A stretch of DNA of 64,000 nucleotides from an uncultured candidatus Porisulfidus sp. (GTDB lineage: Bacteria > Pseudomonadota > Gammaproteobacteria > Poriferisulfidales > Poriferisulfidaceae), in contig CBDASZ010000001.1 of NCBI GenBank assembly GCA_965199755.1, positions 128,001 to 192,000 of the forward strand, read 5' to 3'. Below the pieces are notes generated by a model, which was not told the DNA's origin, searched no databases, and saw nothing but the letters and a program-made list of their open reading frames with translations. A program made the translations under genes and the position numbers. This document shows positions 52,041 through 64,000 of the stretch, in pieces (the stretch's first letter is position 1; every line of letters starts with the position of its first letter).

Positions 52041-53126
52041 GTGCATCTGTCCCGTCTGGAAATCCAGAATCTGCGTTGCCTGAAAGCAGTCCCGGAGCTG
52101 GAGTTTCATCCAGAACTTAATATCATTACGGGCGCGAACGCGGCCGGCAAAACGACGTTGCTGGAATCCATTGACCTGCTGGCGCGCGGGCGGAGCTTCC
52201 GCAGTTCGCGGCCGCGGGAATTGATCACCCGGGGCGAATCCGGGTATTTGTTGCGCGGGCAGGTGTGCCGGCGCAACTCAGACGAAGGGGAAGAGGAGGT
52301 GTTCTGGCTGAGCCAGAGCCGAACGCCGGAAACTCTGGAGCTGCGCTGTGATCGCGAGCCGCTAAGCGGACTCGCAAGTCTGGCTGCGCGTCTGGCGGTA
52401 CAGAGCATCCACCCGGACAGCCAGGCATTGGTGCATGGCGCGCCGCGTCGCCGGCGATCATGGCTGGACTGGGGCGTGTTCCACGTGGAACCGGCCTATC
52501 GGCCGGTCTGGGCAGCCTATCAGCGCGCCCTGAAGCAGCGCAACGCGGCATTGAAGGCGCGACAGGATCCACAGCCCTGGAATGCGACGCTGGCGGAGGC
52601 CGGAGAGGCGATAGACCAATACCGCTGTAACTATCTCGACGAAGTGCGGGATTCGATTGACGGGTTCGCGCAGATTTTGCTGCCCGGACAGGAACTAAAC
52701 TTCCAATATCGGCCGGGTTTTGATCGCGAGGAAGGGCTGCAAAAGAGTCTGGACACGGCCAGCGCGGCATCGCGCCCGGCGCTGGCGACGGAAGCGGGAC
52801 CGCACCGGGCGGATCTGGAATGGACGCTGGACGGCATGCCGGCGGCGCATTGCGCATCGCGGGGGCAAACCAAACTGTTGGTCAGTTGCCTGCTGCTGGG
52901 GCAGGTGGTGCTGTTCCAGGAACTGCGCAACCAGAACTGTGTGCTGCTGGTGGATGATCTCGCATCAGAACTGGACGCCACGCGGATGGGGCGCATGATG
53001 GAGGCGCTGTCGCGTTGTGAGGCGCAGTTGTTCGCCAGTTGCGTGGGCGAGGAATCCGGGGTTTTCCCTCTGGCTTCAGGCGGGCAAATGTTCCATGTGG
53101 AACAAGGGGCCATTTCATTGACTTAA
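52041..53126 (+). CDS. recF: DNA replication/repair protein RecF
   Basis: GANAAGKTTLLE, GRSFR, GPHRADL, SRGQ, LLVDD. Confidence 0.95.
   Translation: MHLSRLEIQNLRCLKAVPELEFHPELNIITGANAAGKTTLLESIDLLARGRSFRSSRPRELITRGESGYLLRGQVCRRNSDEGEEEVFWLSQSRTPETLELRCDREPLSGLASLAARLAVQSIHPDSQALVHGAPRRRRSWLDWGVFHVEPAYRPVWAAYQRALKQRNAALKARQDPQPWNATLAEAGEAIDQYRCNYLDEVRDSIDGFAQILLPGQELNFQYRPGFDREEGLQKSLDTASAASRPALATEAGPHRADLEWTLDGMPAAHCASRGQTKLLVSCLLLGQVVLFQELRNQNCVLLVDDLASELDATRMGRMMEALSRCEAQLFASCVGEESGVFPLASGGQMFHVEQGAISLT
52477..52492. promoter_or_regulatory. parS site 1 (within recF)
   Basis: TGTTCCACGTGGAACC, a near-palindromic match to the parS consensus. Confidence 0.85.
53089..53104. promoter_or_regulatory. 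parS site 2 (within recF)
   Basis: TGTTCCATGTGGAACA. Confidence 0.8.
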
Positions 53127-53156
53127 TGGGCCTGCAGAACTAAAATAGGCAGATGA

Positions 53157-55568
<2,412 letters not shown>

Positions 55569-55570
55569 GC

Positions 55571-57616
55571 ATGGCCGCTGCGTCCAATCCCTTGCTGGAC
55601 GCGGGCGCACTGCCGGCATTTGGTCGCATCAAACCGGAACACGCAGTGGCGGCGATCGAGGAGATCCTCGCCGACAATCGGGCCTTGCTTGAGGCCCTGC
55701 ATACCGCACCAGCCGACGAAGCACACCTGTTGCATCCTTTGGAGTGCGCCGAAGCGCGCTTGCAGGAGGCGTTTTCACCGGTTCGGCACCTGCGCGCGGT
55801 CCTAAATACCCCGCAATGGCGCGAAGCATTCAATACCTGCTTGGAGAAGATAACGGAATTTGAGACAGAATTAGCGCAAGATAAAGACTTATATGAGCAA
55901 TATGAGAAACTTAATCAAAGCGAGAAGAAGGATAATTTATCACCAGAGCGCCGAGCAGAGTTGCGACAGGCGTTACTGGGCTTTCGGCTCGGCGGTGTCG
56001 CCTTGCCGGACGCTGAAAAGGCGCGATTTGCGGAAATTGCGCAAGAGTTGGCCGCGTGTTGTGCGAAATTTACTGACAATGTAACGGATGCCACGCAGGC
56101 GTGGTCGCTGCAGATCACGGATGAGGCGCGTCTTGAGGGCGTCCCGGAAAGCATTCGAGGCATGTTGCGCGCGGACGCGCAGGCGCACGAGCAGTCTGGC
56201 TGGCGTATAAACCTTACACCACCTTGCGTTCAGGGCATTCTGATGCATGCGGCAGACCGGGAATTGCGCCGTGAAATCTATATCGCGCATGTCACACGGG
56301 CCTCGGATCAGGGACCGCACGGCGGACAATTCGACAACACCGAGCTGATCGAACGCATCCTCCAGTTGCGCTACGAGCAGGCAAAACTGCTGGGATACGA
56401 CAGCATTGCCGCGCATCATCTGGAGACCCGAATGGCGGACGAACCAGCCGAAGTTTTGGCGTTTTTGAACGATTTGCAGGCTCGCGCAAGCCAAGTGGCC
56501 AAAAATGAATTAGAGCAGTTAAAAGTTTTTGCTCGGAATGAATATGGGTTGGAGGGATTACAGCGGTGGGATCTGGCGTGGATTAGCGAGCGTTTTCGCG
56601 AGCGCGAACTCAAGTTGAACGACGAGGAGCTCAAGCCATATTTCGCTGCAGACCCTGTAATTGAAGGGATGCTGGAAGTTGCTGCAGAGTTGTTCCAGCT
56701 TCAGATCACACGGCGCGAGGACATTGAGACATGGCACTCGGAAGTACGTTTCTATGAAATAAGAGACCGCCAAGGGGGTGATTTGCGGGGGCAATTTTAT
56801 CTTGATCCCTATGCTCGTGAGGGTAAAAATGGAGGTGCATGGATGGATGTTTGTGCACAAAGGCGCTATTTTCAAGGGCAGATCCGTCCTGGAGTGGCGT
56901 ATCTCACCTGTAATGGCATGCCGCCGGCTGGAGATGCGCCTGCGCTATTCACGCACAACGATGTCACCACGCTATTCCATGAGTTTGGGCATGGGCTGCA
57001 TCATATGCTGACCCGCGTGGATTGCGCCAGCGTGTCGGGGATTGAGGGCGTGGAATGGGATGCGGTCGAGTGGCCGAGCCAATGGATGGAGAACTGGTGC
57101 TGGGAGCCGGAGGTGCTGCGGCGTTTCGCACGGCATTACCGGACCGGGGAGGTGCTCCCGGAGGAGTTGATATCCCGGCTGCGCGCCAGCCAGCGATTTA
57201 ATGCCGGCCTTGCGTTGATGCGCCAACTGGAGTTTGGGCTATTTGATTTCCATCTGCATCTGGAATACCGTCCTGATCGCGGTGCGCGCGTTCAGGAGTT
57301 GCTGGACGAAATTCGCGGCACTATGGATTTGTTGGAGACGCCGAAATTTGTACGCACAGCGCATTCATTTGAACATATATTTTCCGGCGGCTACACCGCG
57401 GGCTATTACAGCTACAAATGGGCTGAAGTGCTTTCCGCTGATACATTTGAAGCATTCGTGCAGGAAGGTCTGTTCAACCCGGAGACGGCGCGACGTTTTG
57501 AGACCTGTCTGCTGGCGGCGGGCAGTGTTCGTCCGGCATCGGAGATGTTCGAGGCGTTTCGAGGCCGCGCGCCGCAGCCGGACGCGCTATTGCGGCAAAT
57601 GGGTTTGGCGGCATGA
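55571..57616 (+). CDS. prlC: oligopeptidase A (M3)
   Basis: FHEFGHGLH, WDAVEWPSQ, GYYSYKWAE. Confidence 0.95.
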   Translation: MAAASNPLLDAGALPAFGRIKPEHAVAAIEEILADNRALLEALHTAPADEAHLLHPLECAEARLQEAFSPVRHLRAVLNTPQWREAFNTCLEKITEFETELAQDKDLYEQYEKLNQSEKKDNLSPERRAELRQALLGFRLGGVALPDAEKARFAEIAQELAACCAKFTDNVTDATQAWSLQITDEARLEGVPESIRGMLRADAQAHEQSGWRINLTPPCVQGILMHAADRELRREIYIAHVTRASDQGPHGGQFDNTELIERILQLRYEQAKLLGYDSIAAHHLETRMADEPAEVLAFLNDLQARASQVAKNELEQLKVFARNEYGLEGLQRWDLAWISERFRERELKLNDEELKPYFAADPVIEGMLEVAAELFQLQITRREDIETWHSEVRFYEIRDRQGGDLRGQFYLDPYAREGKNGGAWMDVCAQRRYFQGQIRPGVAYLTCNGMPPAGDAPALFTHNDVTTLFHEFGHGLHHMLTRVDCASVSGIEGVEWDAVEWPSQWMENWCWEPEVLRRFARHYRTGEVLPEELISRLRASQRFNAGLALMRQLEFGLFDFHLHLEYRPDRGARVQELLDEIRGTMDLLETPKFVRTAHSFEHIFSGGYTAGYYSYKWAEVLSADTFEAFVQEGLFNPETARRFETCLLAAGSVRPASEMFEAFRGRAPQPDALLRQMGLAA

Positions 57617-58377
57617 AAATCGCGACCTGGAATGTGAATTCCTTGCGTTCGCGCGTTGCGCACGTGAGGAACTGGCTGGAGGAAAATCCGGTGGATGTGT
57701 TGTGCCTGCAGGAAACCAAGTGTCGAAATCGGGACTTCCCGCTGAGCGATCTGTGTGGACTGGATTACTACGCCACTTTTTCAGGCCAGAAAGCCTACAA
57801 CGGCGTAGCCATGCTGACGCGCAAGCCGACGGAGGAAGTGGAGGTCTTGGTTCCCGGTGTGGATGATTCGGAGCGGCGGGTTTTGGGGGCCACTATCGAC
57901 GGGGTCCGCCTGCTCAATTTATATGTGGTCAACGGCAAGGAAGTGGGCGATCCCAAATACGTGTACAAGCTTGACTGGCTGGAGAAGGTGCGGAAGTTCG
58001 TTGAGGCTGAGGTGTCGCAATACGAGCGCTATGTGATTGTGGGGGACTTTAATATTGCGCCGGAGGATGCGGACTTGCCTGATGAGTGGAGCATGGAGTT
58101 ATTATGCTCCGAGCCCGAGCGGGCGCGTTATCGCGAGCTGTGCGCGCTCGGTTTTGAGGATTGCTTTCGGCGATTTAAGCAGGCTGATGAATCTTTCAGC
58201 TGGTGGGATTATCGTGGCGGGAATTTTCGCCGCAACTATGGTGTGCGCATTGATCTGATTTTGGCGAATGCCAAGGCGGCTGCGGAGTGCAGTGCTTGCT
58301 TTATTGACAAGATGCCGCGCGCCTGGGAGAAGCCCTCCGACCATGCGCCGGTGGTGGCCGAGTTTGCGTGGACTTGA
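57613..58377 (+). CDS. xth: exodeoxyribonuclease III
   Basis: TWNVNS, LQETK, GDFN, RID, SDHAPV. Confidence 0.95.
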   Translation: MKIATWNVNSLRSRVAHVRNWLEENPVDVLCLQETKCRNRDFPLSDLCGLDYYATFSGQKAYNGVAMLTRKPTEEVEVLVPGVDDSERRVLGATIDGVRLLNLYVVNGKEVGDPKYVYKLDWLEKVRKFVEAEVSQYERYVIVGDFNIAPEDADLPDEWSMELLCSEPERARYRELCALGFEDCFRRFKQADESFSWWDYRGGNFRRNYGVRIDLILANAKAAAECSACFIDKMPRAWEKPSDHAPVVAEFAWT

Positions 58378-58386
58378 GCGCGAGGA

Positions 58387-59130
58387 TTATTCGAGGGCTG
58401 AACAGCCGTCCCGATCGCAGCGGAACACAATATTGCGAATGCCCGTGAGGCACTCGACTTCATACAGGTCTTCCTGATCATCGGATTTCAGCAAAGACAT
58501 TTTGCTTTGCATCAGACAGCCAGCGCCGGGCAGCGACTGCTTGGCTTGGCCTTGGAAACGGCCCTGACGATATTTCTTCTCGATGGACATGTCCGGGACA
58601 TCTTCGCCCGCTGCCAGTTTTGCGGAATCGACCTTCGGTAGTTCTGGCTCCTCATAGCCTTCCAGTTCAACATGGCCTTCGGCCAAGGCGCGCTTGTGGG
58701 CGCGCAGGAAAGTATTGAGCGTGTGTACCTTCTCAACGGAGGTGCGCTCGCAGGCCTCGACGTCTGCGCAGAAGGATTCCACCTTGATTTTGGCGACGCC
58801 ACCGGCCATAGGCACCCGCGTGACGCGATACTGAAATTCCTGCCGATGTTTGTCGGGGACTTGGTTGTAGGCGGTCAGGGTGGCTTCGTTTTTCAACGTG
58901 ACTTGAAAGCGGGCGTTTTCTTCCAGCCAGATCTGCGCCTGCGACCAGAGGTAGTCGCATTCCTTGCCGACATTGCAGGTTGCAAAGTCGCGTGCGCTAG
59001 CGGCGATGACATTGTCCTCGTCGTCCTCGTCAATGCCGAAATCAATGGCGGACAGATCCAGATCATCAATCCCCATACAGCCGGCGCTAAGGCAAGCCAA
59101 AAGGACGGCGGGGAGCAGGGAAGAGCGCAT
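58387..59130 (-). CDS. putative lipoprotein of unknown function
   Basis: Lipobox LSAG-C after a hydrophobic leader; several Cys pairs. Confidence 0.65.
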   Translation of the reverse strand: MRSSLLPAVLLACLSAGCMGIDDLDLSAIDFGIDEDDEDNVIAASARDFATCNVGKECDYLWSQAQIWLEENARFQVTLKNEATLTAYNQVPDKHRQEFQYRVTRVPMAGGVAKIKVESFCADVEACERTSVEKVHTLNTFLRAHKRALAEGHVELEGYEEPELPKVDSAKLAAGEDVPDMSIEKKYRQGRFQGQAKQSLPGAGCLMQSKMSLLKSDDQEDLYEVECLTGIRNIVFRCDRDGCSALE

Positions 59131-59251
59131 AAATCAGAGGGGCAGACAAAGCAGAGAACGCATTATATAGAAGAGGCACACACCAGCAGGCTTCAGGCAT
59201 CTGTCAGCAATCGGGTGCTGGTGTCAGATCAGGAAGAGGCACGCCACTGAC

Positions 59252-60952
59252 TCACATCGCCTGCAGCCACAGGCACTGATAGGGAGTCAGGCTCATATTC
59301 AGGTGGCGCACGCGCAGCCGGTGCGTGTTCCCGCTGATCAGATCCCGCGCCCGCGACGGGCATCCCAACGGTTCGGAGTCCAGATGCAGAGACTGTGTTT
59401 GCGGAGTCAGGTTGCACACGAAAAGGACGGGCTGTTCCACGTCGCCGCGGCGCAGCGCCAGAAACCCGGATCCCAGCCTCACCGGTGCCATGGACGCGCC
59501 CGGCGCGAAGGCTGCCGTGGCGCGACGCAGTCGGATGCGGCGCAAGGTTTCTGTCAGGATGCGGTGGCGGATGCTGGCGGGATCCTCAAGATCCGCCTCC
59601 AGTTTCGCCCGCTGCAGTTGGCCGCGGTTCAGGGAGCGCGCGCGGCCGGTGCGCTCGGCGAGCGCCTCATCATTCGGCGAGCCCAGCAGGCTGTGCACAT
59701 AGAAAGCGGGGACGCCGGGCAATGACAGCAGCACGGTATGGGCGCACAGCATGCGTTCGACCTGGAAGGCGTCTTCGCCGTGGCGCGTGCCGCGCAGCGC
59801 GTCCAGCAACGTGATGTTGATTTCGTAGGGGCTCTCCACTCCCTGTTCATCGGCGCGTGTGCTGATGCGCCCGCCAAAGCGGCGCATTGAGGAAAGCAAA
59901 TCCTCCATCTCGTCGGGGCGGACGATTTTCTCAACCGGGCGCACTCCGATGCCGTCGTGCGACGCGATGAAGTTCAGGAAGGTTTTACCCTCAGGCAGGT
60001 CAGGCCACTGATGCAGCCAGCGTTGAAGGTACACGGAACTGCCGCGGTGCAGGGCCTGCAGCAACAAGGAAGGCAAGGCGAATTGATAGACCATGTCCGC
60101 CTCGTCACCGTCCCCGAAGTAACTCAGGTTCTCGTGTTCCGGGACGTTGGTTTCAGTCACCAGACGGCAGTCTGGGGCATGGTCATCCAGCACAGCGCGG
60201 AGCAGCTGGACAATCCGGTGCGTATTCGGATGGTGAATGCAGGGAGTGTCAAGTTCTTTCCACAAGAAGGCAACGGCATCCAGCCGCAACAAGCGGGTGC
60301 CGGCTTCCAGATACTGCGCGGTGACGCTCAGCACTTCGAGCAGGACTTCCGGGTTGCGATAGTTGAAATCAATCTGGTCTTCACTGAAGGTGGTCCAGAC
60401 GCCCCGGCCCTGCGGGTCGTTGGGTAGTGGGGTAATTAGCGGTGTTGCGCGCGGGCGCGTAATGCCGGAGGTGTCGAGATCGACAGGCTCCAGATGAAAC
60501 CAGCTGGCGGCGCTATCGTCGCCGTCCCACAGGCGGCGGGCCAAAGGATGTTCGCGCGAGCAGTGATTGAGCACCAGATCCGTCATCAGATCAAACCGCT
60601 CGGCCAGCCGGATGATATCGCGCCAGTCACCGAGATCTTCCCGAACGTCGCGAAAGGCTGAAACCGCGAAGCCGTCATCCGAAGTGGCGGGGAAGTACGG
60701 CAACACATGAACGCCGCTGAAGGTGTCGCCCAGATGCTGCTCCATAAAATCGCAAAGGGTTTGTAGCGGCACTCGGTTGGGTTCCACAATCGTGTCGGCG
60801 TAACTGATGAGTAGGATGTCACGCTCGGACCAGCCCTGAGGCTCGCGCAGGCGCACCTTGCGCGACAGAAAACACTGATCGATTCTCTCTTCCAGCGCGG
60901 CCGCATCCGCGTCCGGGTACAGCACGCGAAGATGCGCGGCGACGGTGTTCAC
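59252..60952 (-). CDS. GH13_18 sugar phosphorylase (glucosylglycerate phosphorylase-like)
   Basis: LRLDAVAFLWK, TETNVP, ASHDGIG, YEINIT; GTG start overlaps the queG stop (GTGA). Confidence 0.82.
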   Translation of the reverse strand: MNTVAAHLRVLYPDADAAALEERIDQCFLSRKVRLREPQGWSERDILLISYADTIVEPNRVPLQTLCDFMEQHLGDTFSGVHVLPYFPATSDDGFAVSAFRDVREDLGDWRDIIRLAERFDLMTDLVLNHCSREHPLARRLWDGDDSAASWFHLEPVDLDTSGITRPRATPLITPLPNDPQGRGVWTTFSEDQIDFNYRNPEVLLEVLSVTAQYLEAGTRLLRLDAVAFLWKELDTPCIHHPNTHRIVQLLRAVLDDHAPDCRLVTETNVPEHENLSYFGDGDEADMVYQFALPSLLLQALHRGSSVYLQRWLHQWPDLPEGKTFLNFIASHDGIGVRPVEKIVRPDEMEDLLSSMRRFGGRISTRADEQGVESPYEINITLLDALRGTRHGEDAFQVERMLCAHTVLLSLPGVPAFYVHSLLGSPNDEALAERTGRARSLNRGQLQRAKLEADLEDPASIRHRILTETLRRIRLRRATAAFAPGASMAPVRLGSGFLALRRGDVEQPVLFVCNLTPQTQSLHLDSEPLGCPSRARDLISGNTHRLRVRHLNMSLTPYQCLWLQAM

Positions 60953-62001
60953 GCGAGGCGTTCCAGAGCCCAGCTCACGTGTTCGCGCACCATATCGCTG
61001 GGGTGACTGGCGCGGGCGCGCAAAGCGGCCATGCCATCTTCGGAGCGTGGCGCGTTGCCGAGTGCGACGGCGACATTGCGCAGCCATTGCAGGTGTCCGA
61101 TGCGGCGCATGGCCGAGCCTTCTGTCTGGCGCAGGAACTCGGTCTCGCTCCAGCGCAGGGCTTCGGGCAGAGGCAGGCGCACCAGACCATTGCGCGCATG
61201 AAAATCTTTTTCCGCCGCGAGGCGCGCATAGCGATTCCAGGGACAGGCCAGCTGGCAGTCATCACAGCCGTAAATGCGATTGCCGATTAAGGGACGCAAG
61301 GAGCGCGAGATAGAGCCTTTCAGTTCGATGGTCAGATAGGAGATGCAGCGTCGCGCGTCCAGTTGGTACGGAGCGACAATGGCCTGCGTGGGGCAGGCAT
61401 CCAGACAGGCGCGACACTCGCCGCAATGTTCCTGATTCTGGGGCGGGTCCGGCGGCAACGGCAAGTCGGTGTAAATCTCGCCAATAAAAAACCACGAGCC
61501 GGCGTCTTCAGACAACAAATTGGTGTGCTTGCCGATCCAGCCGAGGCCGGCTTTCTGCGCCAAAGCCTTCTCCAGCACTGGCGCGCTGTCGGTGAAGACG
61601 CGACACTGGAACGGGCCGACCGCCTCCTCAATCCGGCGCGTCAGCCGGCGCAGCCGCCCGCGCAGAACCTTGTGATAATCGCGCCCTAGTGCATAGCGCG
61701 AGATGTAGCCGCAGGAAGCATCGTCCAGAGCGGTCTGGGCGTCGGCGAAGGAATGTGGCAGGTAGTTCATGCGCACCGAAATGACGCGCTGAGTACCCGG
61801 CAGCAGTTCCTCGGCGCGGGAGCGCTTGGTGCCATGGCGCGCCATGTAGTCCATCTCGCCGTGCCAGCCACGGGCCAACCAGCGCAACAGGTGGGCTTCG
61901 TCTTCCTCGATCTCCGGCGCGCTGATGCCGACGCGATCAAAACCGAGTTCGCCCGCCCACTGATGAATGTCGTGCGCGAGGGTAGTGAAATCGTCGGACA
62001 T
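60949..62001 (-). CDS. queG: epoxyqueuosine reductase
   Basis: SRYALGRDYH, CGECRACLDACP, RCISYLTIE, GCDDCQLACPWN. Confidence 0.95.
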   Translation of the reverse strand: MSDDFTTLAHDIHQWAGELGFDRVGISAPEIEEDEAHLLRWLARGWHGEMDYMARHGTKRSRAEELLPGTQRVISVRMNYLPHSFADAQTALDDASCGYISRYALGRDYHKVLRGRLRRLTRRIEEAVGPFQCRVFTDSAPVLEKALAQKAGLGWIGKHTNLLSEDAGSWFFIGEIYTDLPLPPDPPQNQEHCGECRACLDACPTQAIVAPYQLDARRCISYLTIELKGSISRSLRPLIGNRIYGCDDCQLACPWNRYARLAAEKDFHARNGLVRLPLPEALRWSETEFLRQTEGSAMRRIGHLQWLRNVAVALGNAPRSEDGMAALRARASHPSDMVREHVSWALERLA

Positions 62002-62042
62002 GGAAAACGAGCGAGTGCAGGCGGGCTTACTATACTAATGTT

Positions 62043-63809
62043 ATGTGCGGGATTGCCGGGGAACTGAATTTCAAGCAGCCCGCCTCTGAGGCGGCGCTCG
62101 CCGCCATGCTGCCACAGCTGGCGCGGCGCGGCCCGGACCACGAGGGACAGTGGTGCGACGGCGCGGTCGCTCTGGGGCACCGCCGGCTGAATATTATCGA
62201 TCTGCATCCGCGCGCCAACCAGCCGCTGTGGGACCCGGACAGCAACTGCCGGCTGGTCTTCAACGGCTGCATCTACAACTATCGCGAACTGCGCGCGCAA
62301 CTGCGCGCCCAAGGACACAAGTTTCATACCGAAAGCGACAGTGAAGTCATTCTGAAAGCGTACGCCGAGTGGGGCGAGAACGGTGTGGAATTTTTGGCGG
62401 GCATGTTCGCGTTCGCTCTATGGGATGCCGACAGGCGGCAATTATTTCTGGCACGCGATCGGCTGGGGATCAAGCCGCTGTACTATGCCCAGACACCGGG
62501 GCGCTTTCGCTTCGCGTCCAATACCCAAGCGCTGTTGGCTGCAGGAGACGTGGATCGGGATTTGGACGCGGTGGCGTTGCATCACCACCTGAGCCTGCAC
62601 GGCAGTGTGCCGGCACCGTACACACTATTGCGCGGCGTGCGCAAGCTGCCGCCGGGGCACACGCGAACGGTATCCGCGGAAGGCGATGTTCGAGAGCGGC
62701 GCTACTGGAATCTTGATGCCACCAACCCGGACCTGGAGCGTTCCGAGGAAGAGTGGCTGGAGATCGCGCATGTGCGCTTGCGCGACGCGGTGCACTGCCG
62801 TCTGAAAACTGCGGATGTCCCGGTCGGCGTGCTACTGTCAGGTGGGCTGGACTCCAGTCTGCTGGTGGCCTTGCTGGCGGAGGCCGGTGTGTCGCGGGTG
62901 CGCACCTACAGTGTGGGGTTTGAGGGCGCGGGCGGCGAGGCGGGCGATGAGTTTGAGTATTCCGATGCGGTGGCTGCGCATTACGATACCGACCATCACC
63001 GTTATTTTGTTGGCAATGAGGTGCTGCGCGAGCGTCTCGATGAGATGCTGACGTGCATGAGCGAGCCGATGGTAGCGCAAGATGCCATTGCGTTTTATCT
63101 GCTTTCCGAACAGGTGCGCCAAGACGTCTCGGTGGTGCTGAGCGGACAAGGCGCGGATGAGGCCTTTGCCGGATACTTCTGGTATCCCCGCATGCACGCC
63201 GAGCGCACCGACGGGCTGGAGGCGTTTTGCCTCCATTATCTCGACCGAACGCATGAGGAGTTGAGCGCGGTGCTGGAGCCGGACTGGGTGGGTGAGGATC
63301 ACACGCGGGCCTTGCTGGACGAGCGCTTGCAAAATGATGACACGGCGGAGTTCCTGAATGCGATCTTGCGCATGGACTTGACCCTGCTGATTACAGATGA
63401 TCCGGTCAAGCGGGTGGACAACATGACAATGGCGTGGGGGCTGGAGGCGCGGGTTCCGTATCTGGATGCGGCGCTGCTGGAGGCCATTGCCGGGATGCCG
63501 GCGGAGTTGAAGTTGCGCGACGGCGGCAAATACCCGCTGCGCGCGCTGGCGCGCGGGCGGCTACCGGATACCGTGATCGATCGGCAAAAGGGGTATTTCC
63601 CGGTGCCCGCCCTGAAGCACGTGCAGGGCGCTTTTTATGATTGGGCGAGGATGGTGCTGGAGTCTGCGGAAAGCCAGAGCCGTGGTCTGTTTCGTGAGGA
63701 TTACCTGCAAGGCTTGCTGCAGAATCCCGATCAGCGCAGCCGAATTGACGGCAACTTCCTGTGGCATGCGGCCGCGCTGGAGCGCTGGCTGCAACTGCAT
63801 GGGCTTTGA
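62043..63809 (+). CDS. asparagine-synthase-family amidotransferase, N-acetylglutaminylglutamine amidotransferase-like
   Basis: N-terminal MCGI, RRGPD, LSGGLDS, GQGADE, DDPVKRVDNMTMAWGLEARVP. Confidence 0.8.
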   Translation: MCGIAGELNFKQPASEAALAAMLPQLARRGPDHEGQWCDGAVALGHRRLNIIDLHPRANQPLWDPDSNCRLVFNGCIYNYRELRAQLRAQGHKFHTESDSEVILKAYAEWGENGVEFLAGMFAFALWDADRRQLFLARDRLGIKPLYYAQTPGRFRFASNTQALLAAGDVDRDLDAVALHHHLSLHGSVPAPYTLLRGVRKLPPGHTRTVSAEGDVRERRYWNLDATNPDLERSEEEWLEIAHVRLRDAVHCRLKTADVPVGVLLSGGLDSSLLVALLAEAGVSRVRTYSVGFEGAGGEAGDEFEYSDAVAAHYDTDHHRYFVGNEVLRERLDEMLTCMSEPMVAQDAIAFYLLSEQVRQDVSVVLSGQGADEAFAGYFWYPRMHAERTDGLEAFCLHYLDRTHEELSAVLEPDWVGEDHTRALLDERLQNDDTAEFLNAILRMDLTLLITDDPVKRVDNMTMAWGLEARVPYLDAALLEAIAGMPAELKLRDGGKYPLRALARGRLPDTVIDRQKGYFPVPALKHVQGAFYDWARMVLESAESQSRGLFREDYLQGLLQNPDQRSRIDGNFLWHAAALERWLQLHGL

Positions 63810-64000
63810 GGTTTGTCTTCTACAGAATGAGCGTGTAGGCTTGCAGGGCGACTGGATCGTTCATGAATCAGAGGAGATCCCATTGGCGGGGGCATATGAG
63901 TCTATCAGCAAGATGCTCTCCGCTTGCGACGAACTGTCGCAGCCAAAACAAGGGAATACGAAGACGCGGCGGACTGAGCAAGCCGCCGTTTTGACAGGGA

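Noticed and set aside
63810-64000. Possible gene fragment at the window end
   Set aside because: No recognisable motif in the frames I read; too short to call.

Overview
Origin-proximal chromosome segment of a GC-rich gammaproteobacterium. Most of it is core genes: aroKB, mrcA, hemE, gltD, rpsU, lptD-surA-pdxA-rsmA-apaGH, lgt-thyA-folA, rpsT, the complete nuoA-N operon, dnaA-oriC-dnaN-recF (two parS sites)-gyrB, prlC, xth, queG, and three tRNAs. Several spacers hold eroded foreign genes (an SDH/Clp-fold protease, a Fic C-terminus, an Ntn-hydrolase-like gene), and there is an orphan DNA methyltransferase. The standout is an AT-richer island at about 8.8-14.5 kb encoding a Type ISP (LlaGI/LlaBIII-like) restriction-modification enzyme that is split in two. 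Its distal C-terminal part is a separate upstream gene with a poly-C tract just after a candidate start codon. The main gene ends in five homologous ~40-aa target-recognition cassettes laid out in staggered reading frames behind two poly-G tracts (G12 and G14). By hand translation, each tract-length state (mod 3) selects exactly one cassette as the C-terminus, with out-of-frame cassettes read as stop-free linkers. This looks like a recombinase-free, slippage-driven five-way specificity switch plus a possible ON/OFF switch. The island lies between an intact fau-ftr-folD C1 cluster and a diverged, internally deleted remnant of the same cluster. All calls come from motif recognition by eye; no database searches were run, and homopolymer lengths may be assembly-dependent.
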